Of a DNA stretch of 64,000 nucleotides, positions 27,822 to 38,053 are shown piece after piece. Below the pieces are notes generated by a model. The model was not told the DNA's origin, did not search any database, and saw only the letters and a program-made list of their open reading frames with translations. Position numbers and translations under genes: made by a program. Every line of letters begins with the position of its first letter. Position 1 is the first letter of the stretch. Location of the stretch: the sequence record SRR31156797_4552. The stretch is one strand, 5' to 3'.

Positions 27822-28805
27822 GTGTTGAAGAAAGTTGTTTGTTGCCTCTTCATATTGTTATTTGTGGGTGTTGTTTCTGCGCATGCAAAGCCCAAGGTGC
27901 TCTTTATTGAGAGTTACCATGCTGAGTATGTATGGGATCAAGAGCAGAGAACTGGGCTTGAGTCAGTATTTCAGGATCAGGTGGAGGTCTTTAATTTTCA
28001 GATGGATACTAAACGGTTGCATACTTCGGCGTACATGGAAAGGGCTGATCAGGCATGGCAGTATTATTTGAAGATAGATCCTGACGTAGTGGTTTTGTCC
28101 GACGATAATGCGATGATGTTGCTTGCCGGACGATTTCTTAGGACTGACACTCCTGTAGTTTATATGGGGATTAACAATAATCCTCGTAATTACGTTCCCT
28201 TGGGTAAAAATATTACCGGAGTTCTTGAGCGGCCACTGTATAAGAGGACAGTTAAGTATTTAAAAGAATTACTCAATATTGGAGATGGAAAGGTCCTTAT
28301 TTTACTGGATAAAAGTACGACTACGGAAGCTTTTAAAGCTGCAGTGTTTAAAGATAGTAGCAGCATGCTTGTCAGCGGTATTGAAACAGATATTATGTTG
28401 TTGTCTTCTTTTGAGAAATGGAAGAAGTCTGTCAAGATTGCTCGCGAGCATGGTTATAAAGCAATCGTTATCGGGCTATATCATCGTATTTTTAATAAAG
28501 GACTTCACGTGGATAGTGAGGATGTTCTAGCATGGACATCCGAAAATTCTCCTGTTCCGGTTTTTGCATTCTGGGAAATGAGTGTGGGTAAAGGGAAGGC
28601 TGTTGGAGGAATGGTCTTGAGCGGTAAAGTACAAGGACGTGCCGCAGGTAAGATAGTAATGAAGATTCTTGCTGGAATCCCTGCCAGTTCCATTTCTCCT
28701 GTAATTCCTACTCAGGGAGAATTCGTTTTCAGTCAATATGAGTTGGATAGATGGAAAATTAGGTTGCCTCGTTATATTAAAAAAGAGACTCGCATGGTTG
28801 AATAG
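27822..28805 (+). CDS. Periplasmic ABC-substrate-binding-like (type I PBP) protein, orphan
   Basis: Signal peptide; ESYH...MDTKR, DDNA, YMGINN, TGVLE, AVGG pattern. Confidence 0.75.
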   Translation: MLKKVVCCLFILLFVGVVSAHAKPKVLFIESYHAEYVWDQEQRTGLESVFQDQVEVFNFQMDTKRLHTSAYMERADQAWQYYLKIDPDVVVLSDDNAMMLLAGRFLRTDTPVVYMGINNNPRNYVPLGKNITGVLERPLYKRTVKYLKELLNIGDGKVLILLDKSTTTEAFKAAVFKDSSSMLVSGIETDIMLLSSFEKWKKSVKIAREHGYKAIVIGLYHRIFNKGLHVDSEDVLAWTSENSPVPVFAFWEMSVGKGKAVGGMVLSGKVQGRAAGKIVMKILAGIPASSISPVIPTQGEFVFSQYELDRWKIRLPRYIKKETRMVE

Positions 28806-28913
28806 CAACTAGTGTGTGTCTATTTTGTTACGCCGTGTTTGTTCGCTTGACTCAAATGAAATGGTCTTTTATTGAGTTTTCCTCTTTGGCAAAATATCCA
28901 AACAGGTGGAAAA

Positions 28914-29360
28914 ATGAAAAACAAGATAAATCTTTTGTTTTTGTGTACAGGTAACTCTTGCCGCAGCCAGATGGCTGAGGGATGGACCCGGCATTTGAAA
29001 TCTGACCAGATCAATGCTTATTCCGCGGGTATTGAAACGCATGGGCTGAATCCTTCCGCCGTAAAAGTTATGGCTGAAGTAGGTGTTGATATCTCCATGT
29101 ATAAATCTACCCATATTGATGAACTGCGGGATGTTCCCATCGATATAGTGGTTACTGTCTGCAATCATGCCCATGAGACTTGTCCTTTCTTTCCGGGCGG
29201 TAGCAAAGTTGTCCATGTTGGCTTCGATGATCCGCCGAAAATGGCAAAAGAAATTGCGGAAAAAGGCGGCTCCAATGAAGAGCAGCTAGATAGCTTTCGC
29301 AAGGTCCGCGATGAGATCAGGAGATTTGTTGAGACCCTGCCTGAAGGGCTGGTTGATTAA
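28914..29360 (+). CDS. arsC: Arsenate reductase, LMW-PTP family
   Basis: CTGNSCRSQMAEG, VTVC...CP, FDDP, FRKVRDEI. Confidence 0.88.
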   Translation: MKNKINLLFLCTGNSCRSQMAEGWTRHLKSDQINAYSAGIETHGLNPSAVKVMAEVGVDISMYKSTHIDELRDVPIDIVVTVCNHAHETCPFFPGGSKVVHVGFDDPPKMAKEIAEKGGSNEEQLDSFRKVRDEIRRFVETLPEGLVD

Positions 29361-29643
29361 AAACACCTGTTTTAAATGTATTAAGATAAGCCTCCTGTTT
29401 TCAAAGCCGGGGGCTTTTTCTTTTTGTCATGGTTCATGCTATTTAAGTTTTTTCAAGAGACGGTTCTTTTGGAACTATATGAATTGTATTCTTTTTAATC
29501 TATTTAACAGTGTGTTGATCGCGCAATCAGTATTTTTTGGTTGTCTTTTTTGGTTAATGCGTAATATAAGCGATTCTGATTATGGCAAAACACAATGTGT
29601 TTTCAGGGGATGATTTATAAATTTTTACAAGGCGGCAGGAGAG

Positions 29644-30855
29644 ATGGAGTCTTTAAGAGAGTTGTACCGTATTGGAGTGGGACCTTCTTCAAGTCATACA
29701 ATGGGACCGCGTATGGCTGCGGAAAGGTTTCTGGAGAAACATTCTGGTGCACCCCGGTTCAGGGTAACGCTTTTTGAGAGTCTTGCCGCAACAGGTAAGG
29801 GGCACCTTACCGACTGGGCGATTCTTAGTGTGCTTGGTGATGATAAAACTGAGCTGGTTTGGAGGGCTGAGGAGAAGATGCCTGAGCATCCCAATGGTAT
29901 GCAGTTTGAAGCCTTGGATGATTCCGGTTCTGTCGTGGATACCTGGAAAGTTTACAGTGTTGGCGGTGGAGCTATTCGTGAAGAAGGTGCTGCGGCTTCC
30001 AGTGCGAAACCGGTCTACGGCTTGAGTACTATTGCTGAGATTATGGCCCATTGCGAAGATAAAGGCATTACCTATTGGGAATATGTAGAGCAGTGTGAAG
30101 GGGCTGAAATTTGGGATTTTCTGCGTGGTGTCTGGGAAGTCATGGAAGCCTCCCTTGAGCGCGGTCTTGAGGCGGAGGGTGTATTACCCGGTTCTATTGG
30201 GCTTCGCAGGCAGGCTAAATCTTATTACCGCCGCACCAAACATGCCGGTCCGGATATGCAGCTTACCGGCATGACTACTGCCTACGCTCTTGCTGTTTCT
30301 GAAGAAAACGCCGGCGGCGGGGAAATTGTAACTGCTCCCACTTGCGGATCATGCGGTATTGTCCCTGCAACTCTGCGCTATCTTAAAGATACTCAGGAGC
30401 ATATCAAAGAAAATGATTTGCTTCGCGCATTGGCTACTGCCGGACTGTTCGGCAATGTGATCAAGACTAACGCTTCTATTTCCGGGGCTGAAGTCGGTTG
30501 TCAGGGTGAGGTCGGTTCAGCTTGCGCAATGGCATCCGCAGCAGCAACTCAGCTTATGGGCGGTACTTTGCGCCAGATTGAATATGCGGCGGAAATGGGT
30601 CTTGAACATCACTTGGGTCTGACCTGTGATCCCGTGGATGGACTGGTGCAGATTCCTTGTATTGAGCGCAATGCCTGTGCTTCTACCCGTGCCCTTGCCC
30701 GTGCTCAGATGTCCATTCTTTCTGACGGTTCCCACCGCATTCCTTTTGATGAGGTCGTGGAAGTTATGAAGAAAACCGGGCATGATCTGCCCAGTCTTTA
30801 TCGTGAAACTTCAGCGGGCGGATTGGCGAAAGCATATAATGAACGCGGGAAGTAA
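29644..30855 (+). CDS. sdaA: L-serine ammonia-lyase, Fe-S dependent, single chain
   Basis: GVGPSSSHTMGP, TGKGH, APTCGSCG, GCQGEVG, GLTCDP, PCIERN. Confidence 0.92.
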   Translation: MESLRELYRIGVGPSSSHTMGPRMAAERFLEKHSGAPRFRVTLFESLAATGKGHLTDWAILSVLGDDKTELVWRAEEKMPEHPNGMQFEALDDSGSVVDTWKVYSVGGGAIREEGAAASSAKPVYGLSTIAEIMAHCEDKGITYWEYVEQCEGAEIWDFLRGVWEVMEASLERGLEAEGVLPGSIGLRRQAKSYYRRTKHAGPDMQLTGMTTAYALAVSEENAGGGEIVTAPTCGSCGIVPATLRYLKDTQEHIKENDLLRALATAGLFGNVIKTNASISGAEVGCQGEVGSACAMASAAATQLMGGTLRQIEYAAEMGLEHHLGLTCDPVDGLVQIPCIERNACASTRALARAQMSILSDGSHRIPFDEVVEVMKKTGHDLPSLYRETSAGGLAKAYNERGK

Positions 30856-30883
30856 ATAGTAAAAAATGTTTGGTTGATATTTG

Positions 30884-30914
30884 AAAGGCCGGGGCTGATG
30901 CTCCGGCCTTTTTT
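30884..30914. terminator. Bidirectional terminator
   Basis: AAAGGCCGGGGC-tgat-GCTCCGGCCTTTTTT. Confidence 0.8.
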
Positions 30915-30927
30915 ATTGTTGCCTAAA

Positions 30928-31884
30928 TTAATACAGGTGGCAGGAGACCTTATGTCCGTTTTCAGTCTCATTCAGTTCCGGCTGGGTTTGAGAACAAATT
31001 TCCATAGCCTTGGGGCAGCGGGGATGAAAGGGACAGCCTGATGGCGGCGAGATGGGGCTAGGCATATCTCCGGCAATGATCACATCTTCTCCTTGAACAG
31101 CCGGGTCAGGAACCGGAACAGCATCAAGCAAAATCTGGGTGTATGGGTGCTGGGGATTGCGGTAAAGCTCTTCGGCTGTTGCAATTTCCATGAGTTGGCC
31201 CAAGTACATGACCGCCACCCGGTCGCTGATGTGGCTGACTACTGAAAGGTCGTGGGAAATGAAAACATAGCTCAGTCCGAATTCCCGCTGGATGGATTTG
31301 AGCAGGTTGAGGACCTGCGCTTGTACGGATACATCCAGCGCGGATACAGGTTCATCGCAGATGATAAGGTCCGGGTTCATGGCAATTGCACGGGCAATTG
31401 CTACACGTTGGCGTTGCCCACCGGAAAATTCGTGGGGATAGCGTTTGTGATGCTCTGGTCTTAATCCCACCTGCACTAGCAGTTCTTCGACTCGTTGTTG
31501 GATTTCATCTTTGCTTCCGGATTTATGGATGCGCATGGATTCGGAAATAATTTTTCCGATTCTCTGGCGTGGATTGAGCGAAGAATACGGGTCTTGAAAG
31601 ACCATCTGAAGCATGGTTCCCCGTTTACTGGCGGTCCATTCATTAAGTTTTCGGCCTTTGAAAATTATACTGCCCTGATTCGGCTTTTCCAGTCCGGTCA
31701 GCAGACGGGCGAGGGTCGATTTGCCGCATCCAGATTCCCCTACAAGGCCTAGGGTTTCGCCTTTTTTTACATCAAGAGTGATTCCGTTGACAGCCTTGAC
31801 CGTTGCTTTGGACAGGGATAGCAGTCCATTACTGACGGGGTAGTGGCGCTTAAGGTCTTTTATTTCCAGTATATTTTCATTCAT
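30928..31884 (-). CDS. Oligo/dipeptide ABC transporter ATP-binding subunit (OppF/DppF-like)
   Basis: GESGCGKS, FQDPYSSLNP, FSGGQRQR, HPYT, GCPFHPRC. Confidence 0.9.
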   Translation of the reverse strand: MNENILEIKDLKRHYPVSNGLLSLSKATVKAVNGITLDVKKGETLGLVGESGCGKSTLARLLTGLEKPNQGSIIFKGRKLNEWTASKRGTMLQMVFQDPYSSLNPRQRIGKIISESMRIHKSGSKDEIQQRVEELLVQVGLRPEHHKRYPHEFSGGQRQRVAIARAIAMNPDLIICDEPVSALDVSVQAQVLNLLKSIQREFGLSYVFISHDLSVVSHISDRVAVMYLGQLMEIATAEELYRNPQHPYTQILLDAVPVPDPAVQGEDVIIAGDMPSPISPPSGCPFHPRCPKAMEICSQTQPELNETENGHKVSCHLY

Positions 31885-31899
31885 TGCTAGCTCGTGATT

Positions 31900-32862
31900 T
31901 TATGTGTGCAGCCAGCAGCGTACCTGTCTGCCGTCTTTATCTAAAAGTTGCGGTTCCTGTTCGCGGCAAAGGTCGAAAGCCCGTTCGCAGCGAGGATGGA
32001 AACGGCAGCCCTTTGGTAGGTCCAGCAGGGCCGGGACGTTACCGGGGATGGGGGTGAGTTCGGTGCGGCAGCCCAGTCGGGGAACAGAATTGAGCAGCCC
32101 CTGTGTGTATGGATGGAGCGGTTCCTTAAAAATATCTGAGATGGGTGCGGATTCAACAATTTGTCCTGCGTACATAACCGCAACCCTAGTTGCCACTCGT
32201 GCCACTACGCCGAGGTCGTGGGTGATGAGCATAAGCGAGCCGTTCATTTTGTGCTTGAGGTTATCCAGCAGCCGCAGAATCTGAGATTGGATGGTCACGT
32301 CCAGTGCGGTGGTTGGCTCATCGGCAATGAATATTTCCGGGGAACAGACTAGTGCCATGGCGATCATGACTCGCTGGCGCATACCGCCGCTCAGTTCATG
32401 GGGAAAGTTGCTGATTCGTTTATGGGGATTAGGAATTCCGACCAGCTTAAGTGCTTCGACTGAGGCTTCGGCAGCCTGTTTTTTATCCAGGCCTTTGTGT
32501 AGACGCAGTGTTTCGCCGATCTGATCTCCGATTTTGAAAACCGGATTGAGCGAAGTCATGGGTTCCTGAAAGACCATGGAGAGGCGGTTGCCACGTATTT
32601 TTTGCATTTCCTGTTCGGACAACTGCACAAGATCCTGATTGCGGTAGAGTACCTGTCCTTCTGTGATCCGTCCCGGCGGATCGGGGATAAGTCCCATTAC
32701 CGAGAGGGATAGTACGGTCTTTCCGCAGCCTGATTCCCCCACAATGGCTAAAGTTTCTCCTTGCCCTAAGTCCAGACTGGCATTATCCACAGCCTTAATG
32801 ATTCCGCCCGGAGTGGCGAAAGATGTGGTCAAATTCTTGATTTTTAAGATTGGTGCGGTCAT
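31900..32862 (-). CDS. Oligo/dipeptide ABC transporter ATP-binding subunit (OppD/DppD-like)
   Basis: GESGCGKT, FQEPMTSLNP, LSGGMRQR, DEPTTALD, GCRFHPRC. Confidence 0.9.
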   Translation of the reverse strand: MTAPILKIKNLTTSFATPGGIIKAVDNASLDLGQGETLAIVGESGCGKTVLSLSVMGLIPDPPGRITEGQVLYRNQDLVQLSEQEMQKIRGNRLSMVFQEPMTSLNPVFKIGDQIGETLRLHKGLDKKQAAEASVEALKLVGIPNPHKRISNFPHELSGGMRQRVMIAMALVCSPEIFIADEPTTALDVTIQSQILRLLDNLKHKMNGSLMLITHDLGVVARVATRVAVMYAGQIVESAPISDIFKEPLHPYTQGLLNSVPRLGCRTELTPIPGNVPALLDLPKGCRFHPRCERAFDLCREQEPQLLDKDGRQVRCWLHT

Positions 32863-32961
32863 AAATGGTGAGTTATGTATAATTTTGCAGGATCGCGGAA
32901 CACGTCTATCATTTATTAATTGAGATAACTGAAAAATTCAATCGACTTTGGAGTAATATAC

Positions 32962-34281
32962 GTGGATAAAATTGCTGTAATCGGTGGCGGGTTGGCAGGT
33001 TGTGAATGTGCAATGCAGCTGGCTAAGGCTGAAGTTCAGGTAGTTCTTTATGAAATGAAGCCCGATAAATATTCCGAGGCCCACCATTTGCCCGGTCTGG
33101 CTGAGCTGGTCTGTTCTAATTCTCTGCGTTCCGGCGAGCTTAATACCGCCATCGGGGTGCTCAAGAAAGAAATGGAAGCCCTCGATTCCGTGCTCATGAA
33201 AGCTGCTATGCAAGCCCGTGTTCCCGCAGGTTCTGCTCTGGCAGTGGACCGCGAGGTCTTTTCCAAGCTGGTTACCGAGGAAATTGAACAGAACGAATTC
33301 ATCACCGTGGTTCGCAAGGAAATTTCTTCCCTTGATGATCCTGAGCTTGCTGATTTTTCAAAAATAGTTGTTTGCGCAGGCCCGCTGGCTTCCGAAGGGC
33401 TTACCGAAAGTCTGATTTCCAAGATCGGTGAACAGCGTCTTTATTTTTATGATGCTATCGCGCCTATTGTCAGTCGTGATTCCGTTAACATGGATGTGGC
33501 TTTTTACGGTTCCCGCTATAAGCCTGAAGATGATGATTATTTGAACTGTCCTATGAACGAGGAGCAGTACTATTCTTTCATCAAGGAACTCAAAGAGGGC
33601 GAGCGCGTTGTTCCCCGTGAATTTGAAAAGGAAATCCATTTCGAAGGTTGCCTGCCCATCGAGGAAATGGCTGATCGCGGAGAGAAAACTTTGTCATTTG
33701 GACCGCTCAAACCCGTGGGTCTGATTGATCCGCGCACCGAAGAACAGGCGCACGCCGTGGTTCAGCTGCGTGCTGAAAACAAAGACAAAACAGCCTTTAA
33801 CCTCGTTGGTTTCCAGACTAAGCTTAAGTACCCGGAGCAGAAACGTATTTTCCGTATGATCCCCGGTCTTGAAGATGTGGAATTCCTGCGCATGGGCTCC
33901 ATCCACCGCAACACCTACGTCAATGCTCCTGAAGTGCTGGACGAGAAACTTGCACTCAAGGCTGACCAGCGTATCCATCTTGCAGGACAGATTACCGGAG
34001 TAGAAGGGTATCTTGAATCCGCTGCCTGCGGGCTTTGGGTTGGGCGCATGCTCGCCGAGCAGGCTAAGGGCAACGAACTTCCCGCGCCGCCGCCGGAAAC
34101 TTCCATGGGCGCATTGCTCGGTCATTTGCGTGAAAAGAAAAAGAATTTCCAGCCCTCCAATGTCCAGTTCGGACTCATGCCTGCTTTGAATAAACGTGCG
34201 CCTAAACGGGTTCGTAAAGAATTGTATGGCAAACGTGCGATGGAATTATTCGAAAGCTGGTACGAAGAAAATATCAAGTAA
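32962..34281 (+). CDS. trmFO: Folate/FAD-dependent tRNA m5U54 methyltransferase
   Basis: IGGGLAGCE, AELVCSNS, FYDAIAPI, FEGCLPIE, VGFQT, HRNT, AGQITGVEGY. Confidence 0.95.
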   Translation: MDKIAVIGGGLAGCECAMQLAKAEVQVVLYEMKPDKYSEAHHLPGLAELVCSNSLRSGELNTAIGVLKKEMEALDSVLMKAAMQARVPAGSALAVDREVFSKLVTEEIEQNEFITVVRKEISSLDDPELADFSKIVVCAGPLASEGLTESLISKIGEQRLYFYDAIAPIVSRDSVNMDVAFYGSRYKPEDDDYLNCPMNEEQYYSFIKELKEGERVVPREFEKEIHFEGCLPIEEMADRGEKTLSFGPLKPVGLIDPRTEEQAHAVVQLRAENKDKTAFNLVGFQTKLKYPEQKRIFRMIPGLEDVEFLRMGSIHRNTYVNAPEVLDEKLALKADQRIHLAGQITGVEGYLESAACGLWVGRMLAEQAKGNELPAPPPETSMGALLGHLREKKKNFQPSNVQFGLMPALNKRAPKRVRKELYGKRAMELFESWYEENIK

Positions 34282-34282
34282 A

Positions 34283-34312
34283 GCCTTCGGCGACCCTGCC
34301 GGGGCCTTAAAC
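34283..34312 (+). repeat. Partial REP-like element (variant)
   Basis: GCCTTCGGCGACCCTGCCGGGGCCTTAAAC resembles the GYCTYCGGCGGCCCT head of copies A and B. Confidence 0.45.
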
Positions 34313-34397
34313 GGTTTATTAGTTTTATCTGACGGTCTCCCATCACTTGTAACGAAGCTTATTGAAAGGCTTTGAAGAGATGGGGGCTGGGGCATAT

Positions 34398-35729
34398 ATG
34401 ACTCAACAACATCCATTTGAAATTAAACCGAACCGGACATTGCTTACTCTAGCAATTCCGGTTCTTTTCTCTATGGTCGCCGAGCCTTTGACCGGGTTGG
34501 TAGATACTGCCTTTGTAGCCAAACTCGGCCCTGAACCGCTGGCCTCACTTGGTATCGGGACCATTGTATTCTCGTCTGTATTCTGGATTTTTGGTTTTCT
34601 GGGCATCGGTACCCAGACTGAAGTTTCGCATGCCTTGGGTAAGAACGATCTCGAACGCGCATCTTCCCTTGGCTGGATGGCAGCAGGTATTTCCGCTGTG
34701 CTGGGCATAATGTTGATAATTTTCGTCTTCCCTTTTCTGGGCAATATTGCGGGGGTGATGGGCGGGGAAGGAAATGTCAGCAAACTGGCTGTCGATTACA
34801 TGGGCTACCGTCTGCTGGGTGGGCCGGCAATGCTGATTGTCCTGGCCTGCTTCGGTTCTTTACGGGGCTATCAGGATATGCGTTCTCCGCTCTGGATAGC
34901 GGTGGGCATGAACTTGATCAATGTCTTGCTGGACTGGTGTCTTGTGTTCGGCAAGGGGCCGTTCCCAGTCATGGGTGTTGGCGGTGCCGCACTGGCAAGT
35001 GCTATCAGCCAGTGGATCGGTGCGATCTGGGCAGTACTGGTGGTGCGTAAGCATTACGGATTCAATACCGGATTCAGCCTTGCAGATGCTCGCAGGCTGT
35101 TTGTTATCGGTGGGGATATGTTTGTGCGTACCGGGTGCGTGTGTTTGTTTTTGTTGCTCTGTACCCGTTTTGCCACCAAGGCTGGTGCGGAATCCGGGGC
35201 CGCACATCAGGCCATTCGTCAGTTCTTTGTTTTTTTGGCTCTTTTTCTGGATGCTTTTGCCATCAGTGGACAGTCGCTGGTGGGCTATTTCGTGGGTCGT
35301 GCGGACCGTGTGACAGCGCGTAAGGTTGCTGCGTTGGTTTGTAAATGGAGTTTCGGCACCGGGATGTTGCTGACCATCGGCATGTACTTGGGCCAAGGCC
35401 CTGTGGTTTGGCTGCTGGTCCCCGAGGAAGCAGCCATGGTTTTCGGACCGGCTTGGCTGGCGGTTACTTTTTTACAGCCCATTAACGCGCTTTCCTTTGC
35501 AACAGACGGAATTCATCTGGGAACCGGGGATTACCGTTACCTGCGAAACGCCATGCTCATTGCTGTTCTGACAAGCGCCTCACTTCTTTTTGTGGTAGAT
35601 TGGCTTGAGCCGCAACAGATGCTGTTCTGGATTTGGATTGTGGCTGGAATATGGACCACACTGCGTGCTTTGCTGGGTATGATTCGCATTTGGCCCGGAA
35701 TTGGAGACGGGCCGCTTGCTGTGCGTTAA
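34398..35729 (+). CDS. MATE-family efflux transporter (DinF-like)
   Basis: LAIPV...AEPLTGLVDTAFV, RGYQDMRSP, GAAHQ, LDAFA. Confidence 0.9.
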   Translation: MTQQHPFEIKPNRTLLTLAIPVLFSMVAEPLTGLVDTAFVAKLGPEPLASLGIGTIVFSSVFWIFGFLGIGTQTEVSHALGKNDLERASSLGWMAAGISAVLGIMLIIFVFPFLGNIAGVMGGEGNVSKLAVDYMGYRLLGGPAMLIVLACFGSLRGYQDMRSPLWIAVGMNLINVLLDWCLVFGKGPFPVMGVGGAALASAISQWIGAIWAVLVVRKHYGFNTGFSLADARRLFVIGGDMFVRTGCVCLFLLLCTRFATKAGAESGAAHQAIRQFFVFLALFLDAFAISGQSLVGYFVGRADRVTARKVAALVCKWSFGTGMLLTIGMYLGQGPVVWLLVPEEAAMVFGPAWLAVTFLQPINALSFATDGIHLGTGDYRYLRNAMLIAVLTSASLLFVVDWLEPQQMLFWIWIVAGIWTTLRALLGMIRIWPGIGDGPLAVR

Positions 35730-35731
35730 TG

Positions 35732-35760
35732 TTGACATAGTAAGTGAACAATCATATCTA
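35732..35760 (+). promoter_or_regulatory. sigma70 promoter of the cbiK operon
   Basis: TTGACA-N17-TATCTA directly upstream of the riboswitch. Confidence 0.6.
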
Positions 35761-35766
35761 GCCTTT

Positions 35767-35946
35767 GCCTGAGGCGCTCTCGCGAGCTTAATAGGGAATC
35801 CCGTTAAAATCGGGAACGGACCCGCCGCCGTGAGTCCTGCAAGGTTTCATCCCGTGTGACTGGAATAAATCCGGTCTGCGTGCCACTGAATTAATTTTCG
35901 GGAAGGCCGGGTGGAATAGGACGAGTCGGAAGACCTGCCCGGGTGC
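35767..35946 (+). ncRNA. Cobalamin riboswitch
   Basis: AATAGGGAA, CCCGTTAAAATCGGG, ACGGACCCGCCGCCGTGA, GCCACTG...GGGAAGGC, GAGTCGGAAGACCTGCC (B12 box); upstream of cobalt/corrinoid genes. Confidence 0.93.
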
Positions 35947-36060
35947 AAATCACGATCATTCTGACGGATAACGGGGCTTTTACCTGTCAGAAACTACTGC
36001 ATATGTGCTCACATGTGCGGTTTCGCTATTCTTAAGCCCCCCAAATTTGAGGAGACTGTT

Positions 36061-36963
36061 ATGCAGTGCCGTTTTGGGGACAAATTCAAGTTCATCCCCG
36101 CATTTATTCTGGTTTGTTTTTTGCTGATTCCTTCACTTGCCATGGCCGGACACGGTGAAGCGAAGCCTGTTAAAAAAGGGATTATGCTGGCCGCATTTGG
36201 TTCCAGTATGCCTGAAACCAAGCCTGCATTTGATGCCATCGACAAGGCTGTGAAAAAGGCTTTCCCCGGTGTACCTGTACGCTGGTCCTATTCTTCCGCC
36301 ATCATCAGAAATATTCTGGCAAAAGAAGGCCGCGCAGTGGATTCTCCGGTTATGGCTATGACCAAAATGATGGACGAAGGCTTTACTCATGTTGCAGTGC
36401 AGTCCCTGCATACCATTCCCGGTGAAGAGTTCGAAGGCATCTACGACACTGTGAAAAGGTTCGAAGGTATGCCTAAAGGCATGAGCAAAGTAACCGTTGG
36501 TAAGCCGCTTCTTTACTCCGATGAAGATATGCAGCGCACCGTAAAGGCAATCATCGCCAATATTCCCAAGGATCGTAAGGCTAAAGATGCAGTTGTGCTC
36601 ATGGGCCACGGAACACATCATGCTGCAAACATCTATTATCCTGCTTCTCAGGATTACTTCTCCAAAGTAGATCCCAAGATTTTCGTAGGCACTGTTGAAG
36701 GTGCTCCTTCTCTTGACGACGTGAAAGTTTTGCTCAAAAAGAGCAAAGCCAAGAAAGTATATCTCATGCCTTACATGTCCGTTGCCGGTGACCATGCCCG
36801 TAACGACATGGCTGGTGATGAAGATGATTCATGGAAATCTGAACTGTCCAAGCTGGGCTACAAGTGTGTTCCCGTACTCAAGGGTACCGCTGAATTTTCA
36901 CAGGTTCTGGACATCTGGGTTGATCATCTCAAGGTTGCTTTCAAGCACCTCGGTGATCACTAA
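36061..36963 (+). CDS. cbiK: Periplasmic sirohydrochlorin cobaltochelatase
   Basis: Signal peptide; AFGSS, QSLHTIPGEEF, MGHGT, GTVEG, VAGDHARNDM. Confidence 0.9.
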   Translation: MQCRFGDKFKFIPAFILVCFLLIPSLAMAGHGEAKPVKKGIMLAAFGSSMPETKPAFDAIDKAVKKAFPGVPVRWSYSSAIIRNILAKEGRAVDSPVMAMTKMMDEGFTHVAVQSLHTIPGEEFEGIYDTVKRFEGMPKGMSKVTVGKPLLYSDEDMQRTVKAIIANIPKDRKAKDAVVLMGHGTHHAANIYYPASQDYFSKVDPKIFVGTVEGAPSLDDVKVLLKKSKAKKVYLMPYMSVAGDHARNDMAGDEDDSWKSELSKLGYKCVPVLKGTAEFSQVLDIWVDHLKVAFKHLGDH

Positions 36964-36991
36964 TTTGGGCGACCATTAATTAAATCAGGCG

Positions 36992-38053
36992 GTGAAGATG
37001 GTATTTTCAGGTAATCGAAGGGCACAGGCAGTTCTTGTACTGTCATTACTCGTGCCGATTTCCATCTTCGCTGCCTGTCTTTTCGGGGCCTATAGTACTG
37101 ATTCGGCGCAGGTTCTGGCGGTATTCAAATCCGCTCTGGGAATAGGCGTACAGAAGGTTGATCAGGCCCTTTCTTTTATTGTTATCGATCTGCGTTTGAG
37201 CCGGGTTTGCCTGTCATTTCTGGTGGGCATGTCGCTGGCTGTGGCCGGGACTGTGTATCAGGGAATCCTGCGCAACCCTTTAGCTGATCCGTTCACACTC
37301 GGAGTGAGTAGCGGGGCCGCTTTTGGAGCCAGTCTGGCTATCTTTTCCGGTTCGACCATGCTCGGGGCGGAGCTTTGGGCCAGATTCGGGAATTTGTTCC
37401 TGCCGCTGGCAGCACTTGCCGGGGCCATGGCTGCGCTTGGTGCCGTACTCATGCTTGGACGCATCGGCGGAAGGCTTCGCAGGGAAACCATGGTTCTTGC
37501 CGGGATTGTGGTGGCGACTTTTCTTTCCGCACTCATTTCCCTGCTCAAGTCTCTCGATGAGGAGTCTGTAACCTCCATTGTCTTTTGGATCATGGGCAGT
37601 TTTCAGGGACGCGGATGGTCCCATTTACAGCTGTTTCTGCCGTACTTTATTGCTGGGATGATACCGCTGGTTTACTATTCCCGGGAGCTGGATATTTTGT
37701 CTCTTGGCGAGACTCAGGCCCGTCATTTGGGCATGGATGTTTCCCGTGTGCGTATGGCGCTGCTTATCGGTTCCGGTCTGCTGACCGGGGCAGCGGTGGC
37801 TGTTTCCGGAATTATTGGATTTGTGGGGTTGATTGTCCCACATCTGGTACGCATGTTTCAGGGAGCGGAGCACAGACCGTTGCTGCTTTCATCTTCCCTG
37901 CTGGGCGGATTATTGTTGGTCTGGTCTGATGTTATTGCCCGGTCGCTGCTTTCTGGCGGTGAGGAATTACCGGTGGGGGTTGTTACAGCACTGCTTGGCG
38001 GACCTTTTTTCTGCATCGTGCTTCGTTCCGGTTTTAGGAGTGGCAGCGTATGA
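36992..38053 (+). CDS. FecCD/BtuC-family ABC permease
   Basis: RNPLADPFTLGVSSGA, IGFVGLIVPH, ELPVGVVTALLGGPFF. Confidence 0.92.
   Translation: MKMVFSGNRRAQAVLVLSLLVPISIFAACLFGAYSTDSAQVLAVFKSALGIGVQKVDQALSFIVIDLRLSRVCLSFLVGMSLAVAGTVYQGILRNPLADPFTLGVSSGAAFGASLAIFSGSTMLGAELWARFGNLFLPLAALAGAMAALGAVLMLGRIGGRLRRETMVLAGIVVATFLSALISLLKSLDEESVTSIVFWIMGSFQGRGWSHLQLFLPYFIAGMIPLVYYSRELDILSLGETQARHLGMDVSRVRMALLIGSGLLTGAAVAVSGIIGFVGLIVPHLVRMFQGAEHRPLLLSSSLLGGLLLVWSDVIARSLLSGGEELPVGVVTALLGGPFFCIVLRSGFRSGSV

Noticed and set aside
28914-29360. Arsenic-resistance island
   Set aside because: arsC is alone, with no arsR, acr3 or arsB nearby.
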